Source: a virus (taxonomy: Duplodnaviria; Caudoviricetes). Taken from it: DNA of 64,000 nt. The notes below the pieces were generated by a model. That model made no database searches, was not told where the DNA came from, and worked only from the letters and a program-made list of their open reading frames with translations. Numbering within the stretch: position 1 is the first letter of the stretch; the number at the start of each line of letters is the position of its first letter. The translations under genes and the position numbers were made by a program. The stretch lies in the IMG/VR virus record IMGVR_UViG_3300049472_000073, positions 1 to 64,000 of that record; one strand, 5' to 3'. Shown here one piece after another: positions 29,801 to 39,100 of this stretch.

Positions 29801-30983
29801 CGCAAATAAGATCAGTGATACGTTAGTAGTCCCTTTACTAGGACATCCTAACCTAGAGCAAATTGCTTTTGGTTTCTTCTATCAAACAGAAGGACAGTAT
29901 TACTGCTGGATGCCAAGTAGCAACACCGATACTGTGGCTACTCAATGTTTTGTATTTAATACAAACTCTGAAGCCTGGACTAGACTCCCTATTGCTAAGA
30001 CATGTGGTATGGTATCTGAAACTACGGACAAGATTTATTTAGGTACGGATGACCTAAACAATATTGAAATTGAACGTAAGACTCTTTCATATAGAGATTA
30101 TGCTGATAGAGAGTATCAAAATCAGATATCCGTACAAAACGGATTTGATTTAATATTACCTTCTGTAGACTTAATTGAAATAGGAGATGTTATTCAACAA
30201 GCGGAGTATCTAACTCCTTTTAAGTTTAACAGAGTCCTAGCTAAATGTGATCAAGATTCAGGTATGCCAGAATCAGATTTCTATAGTACTTTAGCAGTAG
30301 ATACTAAAGCTGAACTCAGAGCTGCTATTGACGCTCTAGTTGTCAAGTTAAACGCACAGAGTCCTGCATTAGGCAACGTATACTCTGCTGGGGTAGCAAC
30401 GACACCTTCTGGTATACAAAGCGATTTTAACGCTATTGTGGCTCTTTTAAACACAGATACTTCTCTTGCTTTAGGTAATTACCCTGAGTCAGAGCACACT
30501 CATTTACTAGAAGTTAAGGTAGAGTCTATTGACGCTGCTAATCAGACCGTAACTGTTAATATCCAGTTTGACTGGGATCTGTGGGACGTAACACATTATA
30601 AAGCTATTGAAACTATTGTTGAGTGGGCACCTATACACGCAGGTAATCCTGGAGTACTAAAGCAATTTAGAGACTCTAACCTAATGTTTAGCGAAACCCT
30701 AGCTACTCAGATGTTCTTAGCGTTTAGAACTGATACATATAGAGACTTTGAAGAGATCACGCTTAATAACCGTGGATCTATTGGCTGGGGACTATCTACA
30801 TGGGGTGAAGCTCCTTGGGGTGATGGTATTGAACCTGGAGCCTATAGGACCTATGTACCTAAGTTCAAACAAAGAGCTAGATACTTAAACCCACGATTTA
30901 GACATAAAAGAGGCTTTGAGTATAATCATTTAGTTGGACTTTCTATTACCTTTGATGCTATAATAAATAGAATAAGTAGGTAA
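26886..30983 (+). CDS. tail nozzle / DNA stabilisation protein (tail tubular B / P22 gp10-like) with inserted domains
   Basis: Propeller-type segments (RVYYSKFQQPEAVP, LFVFKTDGIYRISG) and podoviral synteny. Confidence 0.75.
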   Translation: MADVVVLKCSGLNTDPNNLGSVPNGALVQADNIYISRSDIAEPRRGFKVYGDSFGIASDRAKQLLQYKEQVLRHYGSVLQRDNGSGTFTSYAESVNEVIAGTKIKYTEQNGNLYFTSAEGIRKLDALTSPITLAGGVKALDVEAQLVDAEGFFNQDSQVAYRVLWGYKDLNNNIIYGTPSQRAIVINSILSLLTSDMTKLTERLDLDPGVTDTNYNSLYAFNGTETETQAYDKLKNLAAKLNKDATVVSTDFAASGKQNETTIVCGDAASLTTGDYFLVNSANDETKYYVWYNKDGGGGDPALLGYTGIAVVISTGNTNVQVATATAAALNAAASFNSESSSFTVIVRNVLEGACMETADSTSNQTEFDFTTTQSGSTLEAPDFTQVQQAFDSIVDKLNVDGETEETTVNFVAGNLYASAGMADYFDIFSPDSTQIPPSGHDLYRVWFNVGTVTAPTGGPGITLVEVLLSGTETDVQVAEKVATALAAYDFIVGIVANPMIIQAPKTGTVTDAAETVADAGFTVTASTSGTGSSYLYQNSTQSQQVQLTFTIPSEVINAAVPTDYFYQLYRSSLSISGDVSPDDNLQLVYESNPTPAEVTAKLVTVIDITPDSFRGANLYTNPNQEGIVQSNEKPPLAKDIAAYKNSLFYANTSSVQRKELSMLAITDLVPVNGQIEEFSASLPNVVNISSVGHELSTGNSVTISGSSEPLLNGTFTVTVIDDDTFSIPLTGVLLPGDTGIWTRNSAGFSKLTFKSGLNQFDIKFGNYEDITTGVVKLSILDTPAQQVDETAKNMCKVMNRYTGNTFLNAFYISGVDDLPGKMLFEARTLSTAQFGIGAESTGLNTTGNQFSPTIPLFPATTDSDNQQNPNRVYYSKFQQPEAVPALNYLEVGGKDSPIKRMVALRDSLFVFKTDGIYRISGNDITSLNLQLFDNSLHILAPETAAVGSNQIYVVTDQGIVAVSDVGIRPIDANKISDTLVVPLLGHPNLEQIAFGFFYQTEGQYYCWMPSSNTDTVATQCFVFNTNSEAWTRLPIAKTCGMVSETTDKIYLGTDDLNNIEIERKTLSYRDYADREYQNQISVQNGFDLILPSVDLIEIGDVIQQAEYLTPFKFNRVLAKCDQDSGMPESDFYSTLAVDTKAELRAAIDALVVKLNAQSPALGNVYSAGVATTPSGIQSDFNAIVALLNTDTSLALGNYPESEHTHLLEVKVESIDAANQTVTVNIQFDWDLWDVTHYKAIETIVEWAPIHAGNPGVLKQFRDSNLMFSETLATQMFLAFRTDTYRDFEEITLNNRGSIGWGLSTWGEAPWGDGIEPGAYRTYVPKFKQRARYLNPRFRHKRGFEYNHLVGLSITFDAIINRISR

Positions 30984-30987
30984 TAAT

Positions 30988-31386
30988 ATGGCTAAACTAG
31001 GAATTATAAAAAGACTAGTAGACACCGATTTTCCTAAAAAGTACAGCGATCTGCTTCCAAACCTATTTGGAGCTATAAATCAGTTTATAGATCAAACCAG
31101 CTACGCTCTAAATAAAAGTCTAACCTTCTCTGATAACTTTGCTGCCCTAGATACTGAAATTCAGGTAACTGGTAACGGAGCAGGTTCTTTTGTAAAGTGG
31201 CCTTATGCTATACCCTGTAAAGGGGCTATGGTTCTAATGGTCACTAATAACACCAATTCTACTGCTGTGTTAGCTTCTGCTCCCTTTGTAGAGTTTGAAG
31301 CTTCAGTAGGTCAGATCACTATAAAGAACATCACAGGACTACAAACCAACAACAAATACACTCTTAGAGTAGTATTTTTCACATAA
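30988..31386 (+). CDS. putative tail-associated protein
   Basis: 132 aa following nozzle gene. Confidence 0.5.
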   Translation: MAKLGIIKRLVDTDFPKKYSDLLPNLFGAINQFIDQTSYALNKSLTFSDNFAALDTEIQVTGNGAGSFVKWPYAIPCKGAMVLMVTNNTNSTAVLASAPFVEFEASVGQITIKNITGLQTNNKYTLRVVFFT

Positions 31387-31387
31387 G

Positions 31388-31397
31388 TAACAAATAT
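31388..31397 (+). promoter_or_regulatory. TAACAAATAT candidate late-promoter motif
   Basis: Exact copy upstream of ejection-protein block. Confidence 0.65.
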
Positions 31398-31415
31398 TCA
31401 TAGGGAAATATATAA

Positions 31416-33044
31416 ATGGCAGGTCAAAATCCGTTAAATCCAGAACTAGATCAAGAGCAAGACGAAGGTCAGCCTCAACAACAGCAAGGTGCTGTCATGG
31501 GTGCTCCTCAAGCTCCTACTGCCCCTGGTGGTATGCAACAGGTACAGCCTGGTGCTCCACAACAACAAAAAGGTTCTGGTTCATTTACTAATATTCAAAA
31601 CTTCTTAGGCGCTAATAAGAACTTTGCTCAAAAGCAAGGTGGATTAGCTGGTAAAATGGCTGGTAAAATTGGTACTCAAGTAGGCCAAGCTAAAACTACT
31701 TTGGCTGGTGAGCGTCAAAAGTTTGGAGAGACCCTTGGAAATATTAAACAAGGAGCAGTTCAAACCAAACAAGCTATGGAACCTTCTTTAGGTTTCTTAG
31801 GATCTGATACTGGTACTAAGTTTGCACAGAAATTTGAAAGAGATGCTGAAGGTAATCTAAAAATAAAAGCTGTTCAACCTGCTGCTGCACAACCAGCACA
31901 AGCTACAGCCGAACCCACAGCACCTGCTTTAACTGCTGAAGAAGCACAAGCCAATGTTAGAAAAGCTCTTGAAATGAAATATGCTGGTCCTGAAAGACTA
32001 GGATCAGAAAAAGAATTAGAAATACAAAAACAGTCGTTAAACGAACTAGGACAAGCTACCGCTAATCAAGAAGGTAGATTTGGACTATTAAAGAAGTTCT
32101 TTGGAAGACCTACTTATAATGCTGGTCAACAACGACTAGACAATTTATTGGTACAAGGTAATCAAGGACAATTAAAAGATTTACGTGGTACTCGTCAACA
32201 GACTGCACAATTTAGTGGTGCTTTTGATAAAGCCAGAGGCCAAGCTCTACAAGACGTTGCTCAAACTAGAGGTGAAGTACAGGAGATTGCTGGACAAGCA
32301 AAAACTCGTACTGGTGAAGTAGCTACTCAAGCTGAACAACAACTTGCTAGAGACGTAGAAAACAGAAATAGACTTATTGCTGAAGAGCAAATGTATGGTG
32401 AGCAAGGAAGAAATGAATTGCTACAAGCTCTATCTGCTCAGGGACTAGACTTAAACGACCTAGGTATTGAATTAGATACACGCTCTGCTTTTGGGGCACC
32501 TAATCTTGCATCAGCTAGACTCGCTGAATCTTCTGTTGCTAACTTAGGTAACTTAGATATAGAACGAGCTAACCGATTAAATGCGTTACGACAACTATCT
32601 GGACAAACTAACCTAGTTCCTGTAGGTACTGAGGAAGCTGGTAGTGATATTGAAGTTGGTTTATCCGATGAAATGAGAAACAGAATTGGTGGATCTATTG
32701 GGGACATTAGAGCCTATGCTAAAGCTGCTCAAGGAGCCGATGCTTTCACTGGTGATGAAGAAAGACAGTGGAGAGCACGAATGGTTAAGAGTCGCGTAGA
32801 TGATATTATGAATAGAAATCTAGATCCTAATTTCTTAAGAGAAAATTTTGGTGGAGACAAAGAAGCTATGAGAAGAGCTTTACAGGCTTATGGTGAACGT
32901 GGAAGTGGAGCCTCAAATCTATTCCAGTATGAAAGAGACCTAAGAGACGGATTAAATTCTAAAGAAGAATTAGTAGGAAGTATCAGACAAGACGTAGGAG
33001 CCGACTTACGTAGAAAATTCGGATTTTTAGGAAGGAATAAGTAA
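31416..33044 (+). CDS. internal virion / ejection protein
   Basis: Q/A/G-rich helical protein after tail genes. Confidence 0.6.
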   Translation: MAGQNPLNPELDQEQDEGQPQQQQGAVMGAPQAPTAPGGMQQVQPGAPQQQKGSGSFTNIQNFLGANKNFAQKQGGLAGKMAGKIGTQVGQAKTTLAGERQKFGETLGNIKQGAVQTKQAMEPSLGFLGSDTGTKFAQKFERDAEGNLKIKAVQPAAAQPAQATAEPTAPALTAEEAQANVRKALEMKYAGPERLGSEKELEIQKQSLNELGQATANQEGRFGLLKKFFGRPTYNAGQQRLDNLLVQGNQGQLKDLRGTRQQTAQFSGAFDKARGQALQDVAQTRGEVQEIAGQAKTRTGEVATQAEQQLARDVENRNRLIAEEQMYGEQGRNELLQALSAQGLDLNDLGIELDTRSAFGAPNLASARLAESSVANLGNLDIERANRLNALRQLSGQTNLVPVGTEEAGSDIEVGLSDEMRNRIGGSIGDIRAYAKAAQGADAFTGDEERQWRARMVKSRVDDIMNRNLDPNFLRENFGGDKEAMRRALQAYGERGSGASNLFQYERDLRDGLNSKEELVGSIRQDVGADLRRKFGFLGRNK

Positions 33045-33045
33045 T

Positions 33046-34002
33046 ATGGGCTTAAGATCATCAGGAAACATGGCTAATACAGCAGCAATGGGAGCCGCAA
33101 CAGGTGGAATGGGGCCTTTAGTAGGTACTGGACTCAACATAGCTGGAGGATTAGTTACTGGTTTAATGTCAGAAGGAGCTTCTGATGAATTAAGAGCAGC
33201 AATAGAAAATCAAGAGATCGTGTCTCTAGAAGATCGTATTGCCCAATATCAACAGTATAAACAACAAGGACTTTTAACTCCAGAAATGGAAGCAGAGATT
33301 CTTGCAAAAGATACCGCATTAGCTAATGTAGTATCTGATCCTCAGTATAAACAAGCTGAAGTAGAAGCCTTAACACGTATGACTCGTATTGGCCGAGAAG
33401 GTATGCTTCTTGGTGATCAAGCTGAACTTGCTAAGCAACGTGAAGAGACTGGTGCTCAATTACGTGGTGCTCAACAAGCCGTTATGCAAAATAGAGCTGC
33501 TAGAGGTTTAGCAGGTAGTGGAGATGAACTAGCTATGCAAATGGCTAATGCTCAAGCTGCTGCTACTCAACAAGCTCAAGCAGATAGAGATGTTGCTGCT
33601 CAAGCACAAGCTCGTAGATTAGAAGCTATTAGTCGTGCAGGTAGCATGGCTGGACAAATGTCAGAAAAAGAATATGGTAGAGCTGCTAACGTAGCTAAAT
33701 CCAGAGATCTTATTGAACAATTCAACGTACAAAACCGTGGTGGAGTTCAACAAAGAAACGTAGGCTCTAGAAACGTAGCTCAACAAGCTAACTTAAGCGA
33801 AAAACAACGTATTGCTGATCAAAATACTCAATTACAGCATCGTCAAGAAGAACAGAAGATTGCTGCTAGACAAGCTATTGCTGCTCAAAAGAACTTACGT
33901 AATCAACAACTTGGTCAGATGAGTAAAGAACAACAATTAGCAGAAGCTGAAGCAGTCGGTGGAGCTATCAGCTCTACTGGTAAGATGATAGGAGGAATGT
34001 AA
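33046..34002 (+). CDS. internal virion / DNA pilot protein
   Basis: N-terminal Gly-zipper (GAATGGMGPLVGTGLNIAGG) and Q/A-rich coiled coil. Confidence 0.65.
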   Translation: MGLRSSGNMANTAAMGAATGGMGPLVGTGLNIAGGLVTGLMSEGASDELRAAIENQEIVSLEDRIAQYQQYKQQGLLTPEMEAEILAKDTALANVVSDPQYKQAEVEALTRMTRIGREGMLLGDQAELAKQREETGAQLRGAQQAVMQNRAARGLAGSGDELAMQMANAQAAATQQAQADRDVAAQAQARRLEAISRAGSMAGQMSEKEYGRAANVAKSRDLIEQFNVQNRGGVQQRNVGSRNVAQQANLSEKQRIADQNTQLQHRQEEQKIAARQAIAAQKNLRNQQLGQMSKEQQLAEAEAVGGAISSTGKMIGGM

Positions 34003-34003
34003 T

Positions 34004-35404
34004 ATGGCAAAATCCTATGACGAGTTAATGGCAGCCGCTAACGGTGCTAGACCACAACCATCTCCATACCCAGATTTATTAGCTATGGCACAACAAGCAC
34101 AAGCTAGAAAAGCTATGGGAGCATCTGGTAGCTGGGAAGAAACTCCAGCAGTAGATCCTCAATTAGCACAAGAAGAAGTAGCTGAGCCTGTAATTACAAA
34201 AGCTCCTGCTAAGCCTTCTATGAGTTCTAGCGAGATCTTAAACAGCGTATTATCTAGAGCAAAAGAAAGACAAGCTGCTCCTGCACCTGCTTCTATTGAA
34301 GAAGAAATGGCTGCTCCAGCTCCTAGAGAATCTAATACTGATCAATTTATGCAACAACTAATGGCTGCTCAACAAGAGCAACGTAATAAAGAACGCGGTC
34401 TTAATATGTTAGAGGCTTCTCAAGGATTTTTGAAATCTGGACTACGTTGGGGTGGATCTAAGAACGAAGACATCAACCAAGCTATTAATAACGAAGGATT
34501 TGAAAATCTTCGTAAACAAGCTGGTGCCCCTGTATCTGATCTACAAGCATTAAGAACTGCCGAAAAAGGTTCTATTGAAATGGGATCTATGAAGCGTAAA
34601 GATCAACAAGAAAGAGATATGGTTGATTCTAATAGCGAGTTATCTAAGCAATACAGAGAAATCGCAAAACAATCTGGTATTAATGTACCTGAAAATGCTA
34701 ATGCTGCTTCTTTAGAAAAGACTCTTCCTTGGTTATTTAAAGCTAAAGAGTCTGCGATGGACAGACAGCTTAAACAACAAGAAATTGAATTAAGAAAACA
34801 AGAAATTCAAGCTAAGATAAAAGAAAATGCTAAGAAGAGTGGTATGACTAAAGGCCAAGTAGCTTTAGACCAACAAACCGCTAAAGAGTATACAAAGTGG
34901 TTAGATGAATCACCAAAAATCGAAGCTAATTTATCTGATTTAGAGTCAGTAAAAGAAGATCTACGAAAAGCTGGTGCATTAATGAGTGGTCCTATCGTAG
35001 GTAAGCTCCCTAAGATTGCTAGAAGTTCTAGCTCTATTGAAACTCAGCAAAAAGTAGATAAAATTACTACTGAAACTCTTCGTCAGATTCTTGGTGCTCA
35101 GTTCACTGAAAAAGAAGGTGAAACAATTAGAGCACTGTCCTATGATCCTGAATTAGAGCCAGAAGCAAACATTAAGAAGATCAATGATGGTATTAATCGC
35201 TTAAAAGCATTAGCCAAAGAAAAACAAGACCGAATGGGCTACTTTGAGAACAATGAAATGTCCATGAGTGGATATAAAGGAGTGTCAAAAGCTCCCCAAT
35301 CTGATAAAGTAGTAGTTCAGGATAAAGATGGGAAGAGATTTAAACTTCCTAAGTCACAGTTAGAAGCTGCGGCCAAACAAGGATATACAGAAGTAAAGGA
35401 ATAA
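34004..35404 (+). CDS. internal virion / ejection protein
   Basis: Helical Q/E/K-rich, 466 aa. Confidence 0.6.
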   Translation: MAKSYDELMAAANGARPQPSPYPDLLAMAQQAQARKAMGASGSWEETPAVDPQLAQEEVAEPVITKAPAKPSMSSSEILNSVLSRAKERQAAPAPASIEEEMAAPAPRESNTDQFMQQLMAAQQEQRNKERGLNMLEASQGFLKSGLRWGGSKNEDINQAINNEGFENLRKQAGAPVSDLQALRTAEKGSIEMGSMKRKDQQERDMVDSNSELSKQYREIAKQSGINVPENANAASLEKTLPWLFKAKESAMDRQLKQQEIELRKQEIQAKIKENAKKSGMTKGQVALDQQTAKEYTKWLDESPKIEANLSDLESVKEDLRKAGALMSGPIVGKLPKIARSSSSIETQQKVDKITTETLRQILGAQFTEKEGETIRALSYDPELEPEANIKKINDGINRLKALAKEKQDRMGYFENNEMSMSGYKGVSKAPQSDKVVVQDKDGKRFKLPKSQLEAAAKQGYTEVKE

Positions 35405-35405
35405 T

Positions 35406-37892
35406 ATGGCTGATAAATTAGACCTAGAGCCTTTAGATTTAGAACCTTTAGAGTCAAGTAATAAGCTCGATTTGGAGCCTCTTGACCTAGAGCCAGTAGA
35501 AGAGGAAAAATCCTTTCTACAATCTGCTAAAGAGACAGGTACTGGTTTATTACGTGGAGCAGAACAAGGTGCCACATTAGGTTTTGCTGATGAATTAGGT
35601 ACAATGATCGAGAATTACCGACTCAAGAAAGAACTTGAGAGAATGGGTTTAGATCAAGATACCCTTAATACTAAAGCTCAATCTGAACTTGCTAAACAAG
35701 AAAAAGCAAACTTAGAAGGTACTAGACAAGAGTATAGAGCTGCTCAAGAAGCTGCTCCTATAGCATATGGAACAGGACAATTAGGTGGTGCTGTAGCTAC
35801 TGGTATGGCAACAGCTCCCTTAGCTGGTGCTGGTAGTCTAGCAAGACTATCTGCATTAGGGGCTACTGAAGGTGCCGTTACTGGTTATGGAACTAGTGAA
35901 GCTGAAACTTTAGAAGGAGCATTACCTGAAATTGCTACTGGTGCTGCATTTGGAGCCTTAGCTCCTGGTGCTGCTAAAGCATTAGCTCCTGTAGGTAGAA
36001 TGGCTTTGGCTCCTGTAAAGGCTGTAGGTAGAACTGCTAAAAAAGTATTATCCGATTTAGGAGAAGCCGAAGTATTTAAAGACGTAAAAAGAGGTTTTGA
36101 ATACGGAACTAAAAAAGGACAGACCTTGTTTAGTGAACAACCTGCTAGAGAAGCTGGAGAACAGCTAGAAAAGACTTTAGGAGACACTTTAGGAGTAGTA
36201 TCTGGAGCTAAAAAAACCGCACTAGAAACTACTGAAAAAGCCCAACAAGAAATACTTGAGCGTACTAAGGCTGCTGAAGCTGAAATGTTAGCCGCATCAC
36301 AAAAAGCACAAGAAAAAGTGGCTAAAGACTTAGCTGCTGCTGAAGCTGCTGAACAAGCAAATAAAAAACTAGTTCAAGAACAAAAAATTGCATTTGAAAA
36401 AGGAAAACAATCTACTGTAAGTTCATTAAATAAGAAAGTAGATCAGAGTGCTAGAACATTAGCAGATAAATATGCTAATTTATATAATAGTCTTGGTACA
36501 TCTAGAAAAGCCGTAGTAGCTGGACTAGAACAACAAGGTGTCAAAGTTGATACTCTTCCGTTTGAAGAGCAATTAACTAAAATGTTCGGAAACTTAACTA
36601 CTGATGAGAGAGGACTAACTACGTTCTCTAATATGCGTAATATCAACGCTATTGACACTCAAAAAATAAGTAGTATCCTAGACGATGTTAGAAAATTCCA
36701 AGGTGAGATCCCTTATTCTAAAGTAGAAGAGCTTAAAGACCTATTACAAAAGTACGCTTATGGTAGAGGTGGTTTAACTGACGAAAGTAAACGCTCTATG
36801 AAAGCTTTGTATGATTCTATGAACAAGTCTATAGATGCTAGCCTTAAAGCTCAAGGACTAGAAGAGTCTGCTAAGCGTTTAAATGAGATTAATAAAGGCT
36901 TTAGAACTCTTTATAAAGCTCAAGATATTGGACTAGAGAAACTAGCTCCAGATGAACTAATCTCTGGCACTGGATATCAAAAACTTGCTCGTCAAGTAGG
37001 TTCTGAAGACTATACTCCTCAATTTGGTGAACAAAAAGAGCGTATGCTTGCTAATATTGAGGAATTACTTGCTTCGCCTGCTGTTTCAGAGGAACAAAAA
37101 CAAGCCTTAAGACAAGCATTAGAAGAAGCTAAGTCTACATCTCAGAAATTAGTTGGGGCAGAAGCAGAAACCTTTACTCCAAATATACCAGAAGTACAAA
37201 AACCTGCTCCTTTAGATAAGAATATGTTCAAAGTAGATGAAGAAGCTATCAGAAAAGAAGTACTAGCTACTCCTGAAGTAGCTGCTGCTGATAAAGCTAT
37301 GGCCCAAGTAAAAGACGTAGAGCAAGTATTCGGAGACGTACTTACAAGAGGTACAAAAGAAGCTAGATTACCTTCTAAAGCCTTAACTACTGCTGAAGTA
37401 GCAGGTACAGACCAGTATGCTGCTAAGCTAAAAGAACTTGAGTCACTTAGAAAAGCTGTAACTGAATTGGACCCTGAAAAAGCTGCTCAAGTATTACCTG
37501 AACTCGATAAAGCTATTGAAGAGATAGGCTTCTTGACCAGAACTGGACGATCAGTACCTATCGGTGACTTAACTACTCAAGCTACTGGTGGTATTAGAGC
37601 TTTGGCCGTTAAAGGTGCAAGTGCTTTAGGAGCTACTAAAATGGCTATTAAAGAAGAAATAAAAAAAGCTACTCCAGATAGCTTAAAAAATGTAGCTAAG
37701 TTTATTAGATCAAGTACACAAAAAGCTGGTGAAGCTGGAGCAAAAACAGGACAACAAACCAGAGAAGTATTTGCTCAGATGTTGGATAAAGCTGCTGATA
37801 ACCCCGATAAGATAGCTAGAAGTGCAACCGTATTTATGTTATTACAGGACCCTAAGTATAGAGAGATAATGGACGAAGAAAATAAGGAATAA
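35406..37892 (+). CDS. large internal virion / ejection protein
   Basis: GAEQGATLGFADE motif, Gly-zipper helices, 828 aa. Confidence 0.65.
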   Translation: MADKLDLEPLDLEPLESSNKLDLEPLDLEPVEEEKSFLQSAKETGTGLLRGAEQGATLGFADELGTMIENYRLKKELERMGLDQDTLNTKAQSELAKQEKANLEGTRQEYRAAQEAAPIAYGTGQLGGAVATGMATAPLAGAGSLARLSALGATEGAVTGYGTSEAETLEGALPEIATGAAFGALAPGAAKALAPVGRMALAPVKAVGRTAKKVLSDLGEAEVFKDVKRGFEYGTKKGQTLFSEQPAREAGEQLEKTLGDTLGVVSGAKKTALETTEKAQQEILERTKAAEAEMLAASQKAQEKVAKDLAAAEAAEQANKKLVQEQKIAFEKGKQSTVSSLNKKVDQSARTLADKYANLYNSLGTSRKAVVAGLEQQGVKVDTLPFEEQLTKMFGNLTTDERGLTTFSNMRNINAIDTQKISSILDDVRKFQGEIPYSKVEELKDLLQKYAYGRGGLTDESKRSMKALYDSMNKSIDASLKAQGLEESAKRLNEINKGFRTLYKAQDIGLEKLAPDELISGTGYQKLARQVGSEDYTPQFGEQKERMLANIEELLASPAVSEEQKQALRQALEEAKSTSQKLVGAEAETFTPNIPEVQKPAPLDKNMFKVDEEAIRKEVLATPEVAAADKAMAQVKDVEQVFGDVLTRGTKEARLPSKALTTAEVAGTDQYAAKLKELESLRKAVTELDPEKAAQVLPELDKAIEEIGFLTRTGRSVPIGDLTTQATGGIRALAVKGASALGATKMAIKEEIKKATPDSLKNVAKFIRSSTQKAGEAGAKTGQQTREVFAQMLDKAADNPDKIARSATVFMLLQDPKYREIMDEENKE

Positions 37893-37894
37893 CT

Positions 37895-38275
37895 ATGTCA
37901 ACAAGATTAGAAGACAAATTAGACGAAGTACGTGATGATCTACACAACTTAGATACCAAAGTTCAGGTATTAAGTGAGAAGTTCATTATGCACATGGAGC
38001 AAGATACACGTAATCTTGAAAATATATCTAATTCACTGGCTTCTATTACTGAGAGACTGTCTGATTATAATGAAACCCTTGTTGAACACATTCGTCGTTC
38101 TGAAGCCCTAGAACAATCTAATGAGCTAATGAAAGCTCAATTAGGCTTATACAAAAAAGAACAAGATGTTAGACTTGAGAAGCTAGAGGCTCCTCAAAAG
38201 TGGATAAAGACTACTTTAGTAGTAATTGCTGCGGTAGTGACTATTCTTACGTTCTTAGAAAAAATTAAGCTTTAA
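37895..38275 (+). CDS. coiled-coil protein with C-terminal TM (holin/XhlA-like topology)
   Basis: Heptad coiled coil then TTLVVIAAVVTILTFL. Confidence 0.55.
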   Translation: MSTRLEDKLDEVRDDLHNLDTKVQVLSEKFIMHMEQDTRNLENISNSLASITERLSDYNETLVEHIRRSEALEQSNELMKAQLGLYKKEQDVRLEKLEAPQKWIKTTLVVIAAVVTILTFLEKIKL

Positions 38276-38706
38276 TCTTCTGCTACTGGGGTATCAGAAA
38301 ATAGTAGCTCTATTATAATATCCTCTTGATTATCCCTTAAATTCTGACCATCTAATTTATGTTCTAAGTACTCCTTAGTAGGAGCATTATCAAGTAATCC
38401 AGTTACCTTAGCCTTACTGTATAGATCCCTATTACGCTGATTATTACGGTCATAGCTATCTTTTTTAGACTTCTTACTCTTAGATACAGCCTTACCCTTG
38501 TGATTAAAATTAGCTATATAATACTCTTCTGTAAAGCGATTTAAGAAGTCCTTAGCCTTATCATCTAAAGCCCCTACATAGTCATAGTCTACGTATTCTT
38601 TTCTATTAGAGACCATTCTCTTGACGTTTAAAGCAGGGTATCTCTCTTTATGTCTGGGGACTTTCTTATCCTTCTCAGCCATCTTCTTTTTCTTTACAGG
38701 AGCCAT
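38272..38706 (-). CDS. hypothetical basic protein
   Basis: 144 aa; last gene of minus-strand arm. Confidence 0.7.
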   Translation of the reverse strand: MAPVKKKKMAEKDKKVPRHKERYPALNVKRMVSNRKEYVDYDYVGALDDKAKDFLNRFTEEYYIANFNHKGKAVSKSKKSKKDSYDRNNQRNRDLYSKAKVTGLLDNAPTKEYLEHKLDGQNLRDNQEDIIIELLFSDTPVAED

Positions 38707-39098
38707 TACTTACTCTCCACTACTACTGGATCTGTCCAGATACTATAGTTATCAGGTAAGTTAAATGGAGTAGGGTCTAGTTCATAGAACTTTACTGAAC
38801 CTGTACGTTTAGCTTTAAAGACCTTATTAAACTGTGTAGTAAAGCCCTTTTGTTTAAATCCCTTTAGAGATGTCCACTTCTTATAATCATCAAATATAAG
38901 GTAAATAGGTATCTTTCTAGCACCCTTTACAATACCTTTAGCTCGTATGTATTTGTATACGTCCTGCTCCATAGGACTTATATTCTCACCAGGGTTTATC
39001 GGAGCTAACTCAGGGTTCTGAGCTATTCTAATGAGAGCTAGAGTCTCCTCATCCATTACAACATTATAATCCTCAAATGGAGACTTATTGTTTTCCAT
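38706..39098 (-). CDS. putative winged-helix DNA-binding protein
   Basis: IFDDYKKWTSLKGFKQKGFTTQF pattern reminiscent of D5-primase C-terminal wHTH. Confidence 0.4.
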   Translation of the reverse strand: MENNKSPFEDYNVVMDEETLALIRIAQNPELAPINPGENISPMEQDVYKYIRAKGIVKGARKIPIYLIFDDYKKWTSLKGFKQKGFTTQFNKVFKAKRTGSVKFYELDPTPFNLPDNYSIWTDPVVVESK

Positions 39099-39100
39099 AG

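Noticed and set aside
2418-37000. Many antisense ORFs in the track over the + arm (e.g. 5347-6036, 13744-14244, 27749-28114, 35885-36187)
   Set aside because: Shadows of long, codon-biased + strand genes; no SD, no motifs, S/L/A-rich composition.
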